The notes under the pieces: model-generated
Told to the model about the DNA's origin: nothing
Seen by the model: only the letters and a program-made list of their open reading frames with translations
Databases searched by the model: none
Shown: positions 61,901 to 64,000 of the stretch, piece after piece
How the letters are laid out: each line of letters starts with the position of its first letter
Position numbering within the stretch: position 1 is the stretch's first letter
Translations under genes and position numbers: made by a program
Source of the DNA: Cyanophora paradoxa CCMP329
Lineage: Eukaryota; Plantae; Glaucophyta
Assembly (NCBI GenBank): GCA_004431415.1
Contig: QPMI01000048.1
Location: forward strand, 1 to 64,000
DNA: 64,000 nt
Direction: 5' to 3'

Positions 61901-64000
61901 ACAGGAGCACCGCGAGCTCTACCATAGATTTGATTCGAGTCGATATATAAGCCGCCACGCGGCCTCCTCCTTTCCCCCTCCTCCATCCTCCCTCTCCCGT
62001 CCCGTCCCGCCCCTCCCTCCCTCACCGGGGGCCGGTCGGGGCGCAGGCGGGTCTACGAGGAGCTGCGCGCCAAGCTCCCACAGGCCGAACTCCCCGAGCT
62101 GGTAGTCTGATCTCTCTGATCTCTCTATCTTTTCACTCTCTCTCGCTCGGGTCTCACGGCTCTCGCTACCTTCCCGCCAGGTCCTCGACGGGGGGGAGAA
62201 GGACCTCATGCCCCGGTGCGCGCGGCGCCGTACCCCCCCCCCCTCCCTCCCTCCCCTCCCGCGCCCGCCCTCCTCCCCGCCCTCCTCTCACCCCCCGCAG
62301 GTTCGCGGAGTGGCTGGGGGCGCTGGGCGCCGAGCTGCCCTCCCGCTGCCTCCTCGTCCTCGACGGACTCGACCAGGTCCTCTTTCCCTCTTCTCTCTTA
62401 AGCTACGGAGCTACGGAGGTTTCTGTTTCTACGAAGCTACGGATCGTCCTTGTCCAATCTTATACCTCCCCTTCCCCCCATCTTCCAGCTTTCCTCTCCG
62501 ATCCTTCTCTTTCTGCTTCCTACTCCCCCCCCCCCCCCCTCCCCCCTCCTTCCCTCCTCCCTCGCCGTCCCCTCCCCTCCGATCTAACCCTCTCCAATCC
62601 AACCCCCTCCCCCTCTCTTCCAGCTTTCCTCTCCGATCCTACTCTTCCTACGTCCTTCCAATCTAACCCTCTCCAATCCAACCGGCAGCTGCTGGACCGG
62701 GAGGGCGCCCAGGGCCTGGACTGGCTCCCCGCCGGCCTCGCCGGGCCCCGCCTCCGCGTCGTCCTCTCCTGCGGCCCCGGTGCGCCCTCCTAAGATTGGA
62801 TCCCTAAAATTAGATCTCTAAGATTAGATCCCGGCGCCGCCGATCTCGACTCTCTCAGGACGCAAGGGGCCCGCCCGGCCCCTCGCGAGCCACGCACCTC
62901 TAATACCTCTAATCTAATCTAATCTCTGATCTATGTCATCGTCGGTGACGCTGGCGGGGCGACAGGGCACGCGCTGCAGGCGGCGGAGGGCCGCGCCCAC
63001 GTCCGCCTCGACGTCACCCCCCTCACCGACGTCCAGGCCCGCCCCGCCCCCCCGCCCCCGCCCCGCCCCGCCCTTCAGAACCACCTTCAAATATTCCCAT
63101 CACCGACCCGCCCGCCCCGCCCCCCGCCCGCCCCGCCCCGCCCACTAGAACCGCGTTACGTTGCCTCGCCCCGCCATCCCCCCCCCCCCCTCCCCCCCCC
63201 TTCCGCGCGCCCCGCCGCCCCTCCGAACGAGCGCGCGCCCGGGCTGAGGCGGCGGGGCCGGGGGGCAGGCGGAGGCGCTGGTGCGGATGGACCTCGACTA
63301 CAGCGGCAAGTCCCTCTCCAAGGTGCCCCCCCCGCCCCCCCCCCCCCCCCAACCCCCTCTTCCCCCCCCCCCCGTGACGCGGCGGCGGGGCAGGAGCACC
63401 TGGGAGGGTCCTCGCCTCGCCGCAGTGCCGCACGCCCCTCTTCGTCCTCGTCGTGCGCCACATCCTAGCCGCCGCCCCCTCAACCCCCACCCCCCCACCC
63501 CCCCCGCCCCGACCCACCCGCTCCGCCCGCCCCCCGACGCCCCCGCTGCTCGGCGGCAGCTTCTGGAGGAGCTGCGGGCGTCGGCGGTGCACGGGACGCT
63601 GGGGCAGCGGCTCGAGGAGGGCCTCGCCTGCACCTCCGCCGCCGAACTCTTCGCCCTCGTCGTGCGCCCGCGCTCGCCCGCCCGCCCGTCTAAGTTGAAG
63701 GAAAAGAGCGTCTTCGATTGCGATTAACATTCCTCAAAGCGAGCTTCGTGCGCCTATCTAGGTTTAATTTCCCTTGCTCGAGCCTTTTTGCCTTGGCCCA
63801 TCGGATCCCGGATTTGATCGATGCTTTGATCTGCGGCTTGCCCCAGCAGCCTTCGACGCGCCCGAACCGACGGCCCTTCCTCCCGGCGCAGATCAAGCGG
63901 CTGGAGGGGGCGCACGGGGCGGAGCTGGTGCGGGGCGCCCTGGCGGCCGTCGCCTGCTCCCGGCGGGGCCTCGCCGAGGGCGAGATCCAGGGCCTCCTGC
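58988..64000 (+). CDS. DUF4062 - NACHT gene, copy 2, continuing past the window end
   Basis: Same exons as copy 1. Several 1-bp deletions in exons at ~60380-60815 (e.g. GCGGAGAGTTC vs GCGGAGGAGTTC) may be consensus errors. Confidence 0.8.

Larger units (their letters stand above)
41574..64000. repeat. Tandem segmental duplication: copy 1 41574-53444 (11,871 bp), copy 2 53445 to beyond window end
   Basis: Near-identical ORFs at offset 11,871 (41888/53759; 43930/55801). The offset shrinks to 11,430 by 52501/63931 through indels. Confidence 0.97.

Noticed and set aside
1-64000. tRNA/rRNA genes, telomeric arrays, prokaryotic operons or defence systems
   Set aside because: No recognisable signatures; all host genes are spliceosomal-intron-rich, and most listed ORFs are GC-driven artefacts.

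Overview
This is GC-rich, intron-dense eukaryotic DNA from a protist or alga; a glaucophyte-like origin is only a guess. The ORF track is mostly noise, so I rebuilt genes by hand from splice sites (donor GTGCGC/GTCCGC/GCGCGC, branch CTGAC, acceptor GCAG). From left to right the window holds: (1) the 3' part of a multi-pass membrane protein gene; (2) a frameshifted L1/Tx1-type LINE (APE endonuclease, RT, CCHC) with no visible ORF1, a long Pro/Ser-rich extension and a duplicated 3' tail; (3) one in-phase gene of about 40 exons joining a calpain protease (intact C/H/N triad, with a ~270-aa Ala/Gly insert) to a patatin phospholipase; (4) an HD-superfamily hydrolase; (5) a ~1-kb palindrome-rich tandem repeat; (6) three orphan genes; (7) a 13-kb Kelch/Ig-like/IPT/multi-TM surface-protein gene set head-to-head with a gene for an N-acylated DUF4062-NACHT (STAND NTPase) protein. 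The head-to-head pair lies in an 11.87-kb tandem duplication whose junction falls in a (TTCGAA)n palindrome. The two main findings are the calpain-patatin fusion and a recurring pattern in which an exon end plus its 5' splice site is re-copied about 60-300 nt into the intron around fold-back filler DNA.
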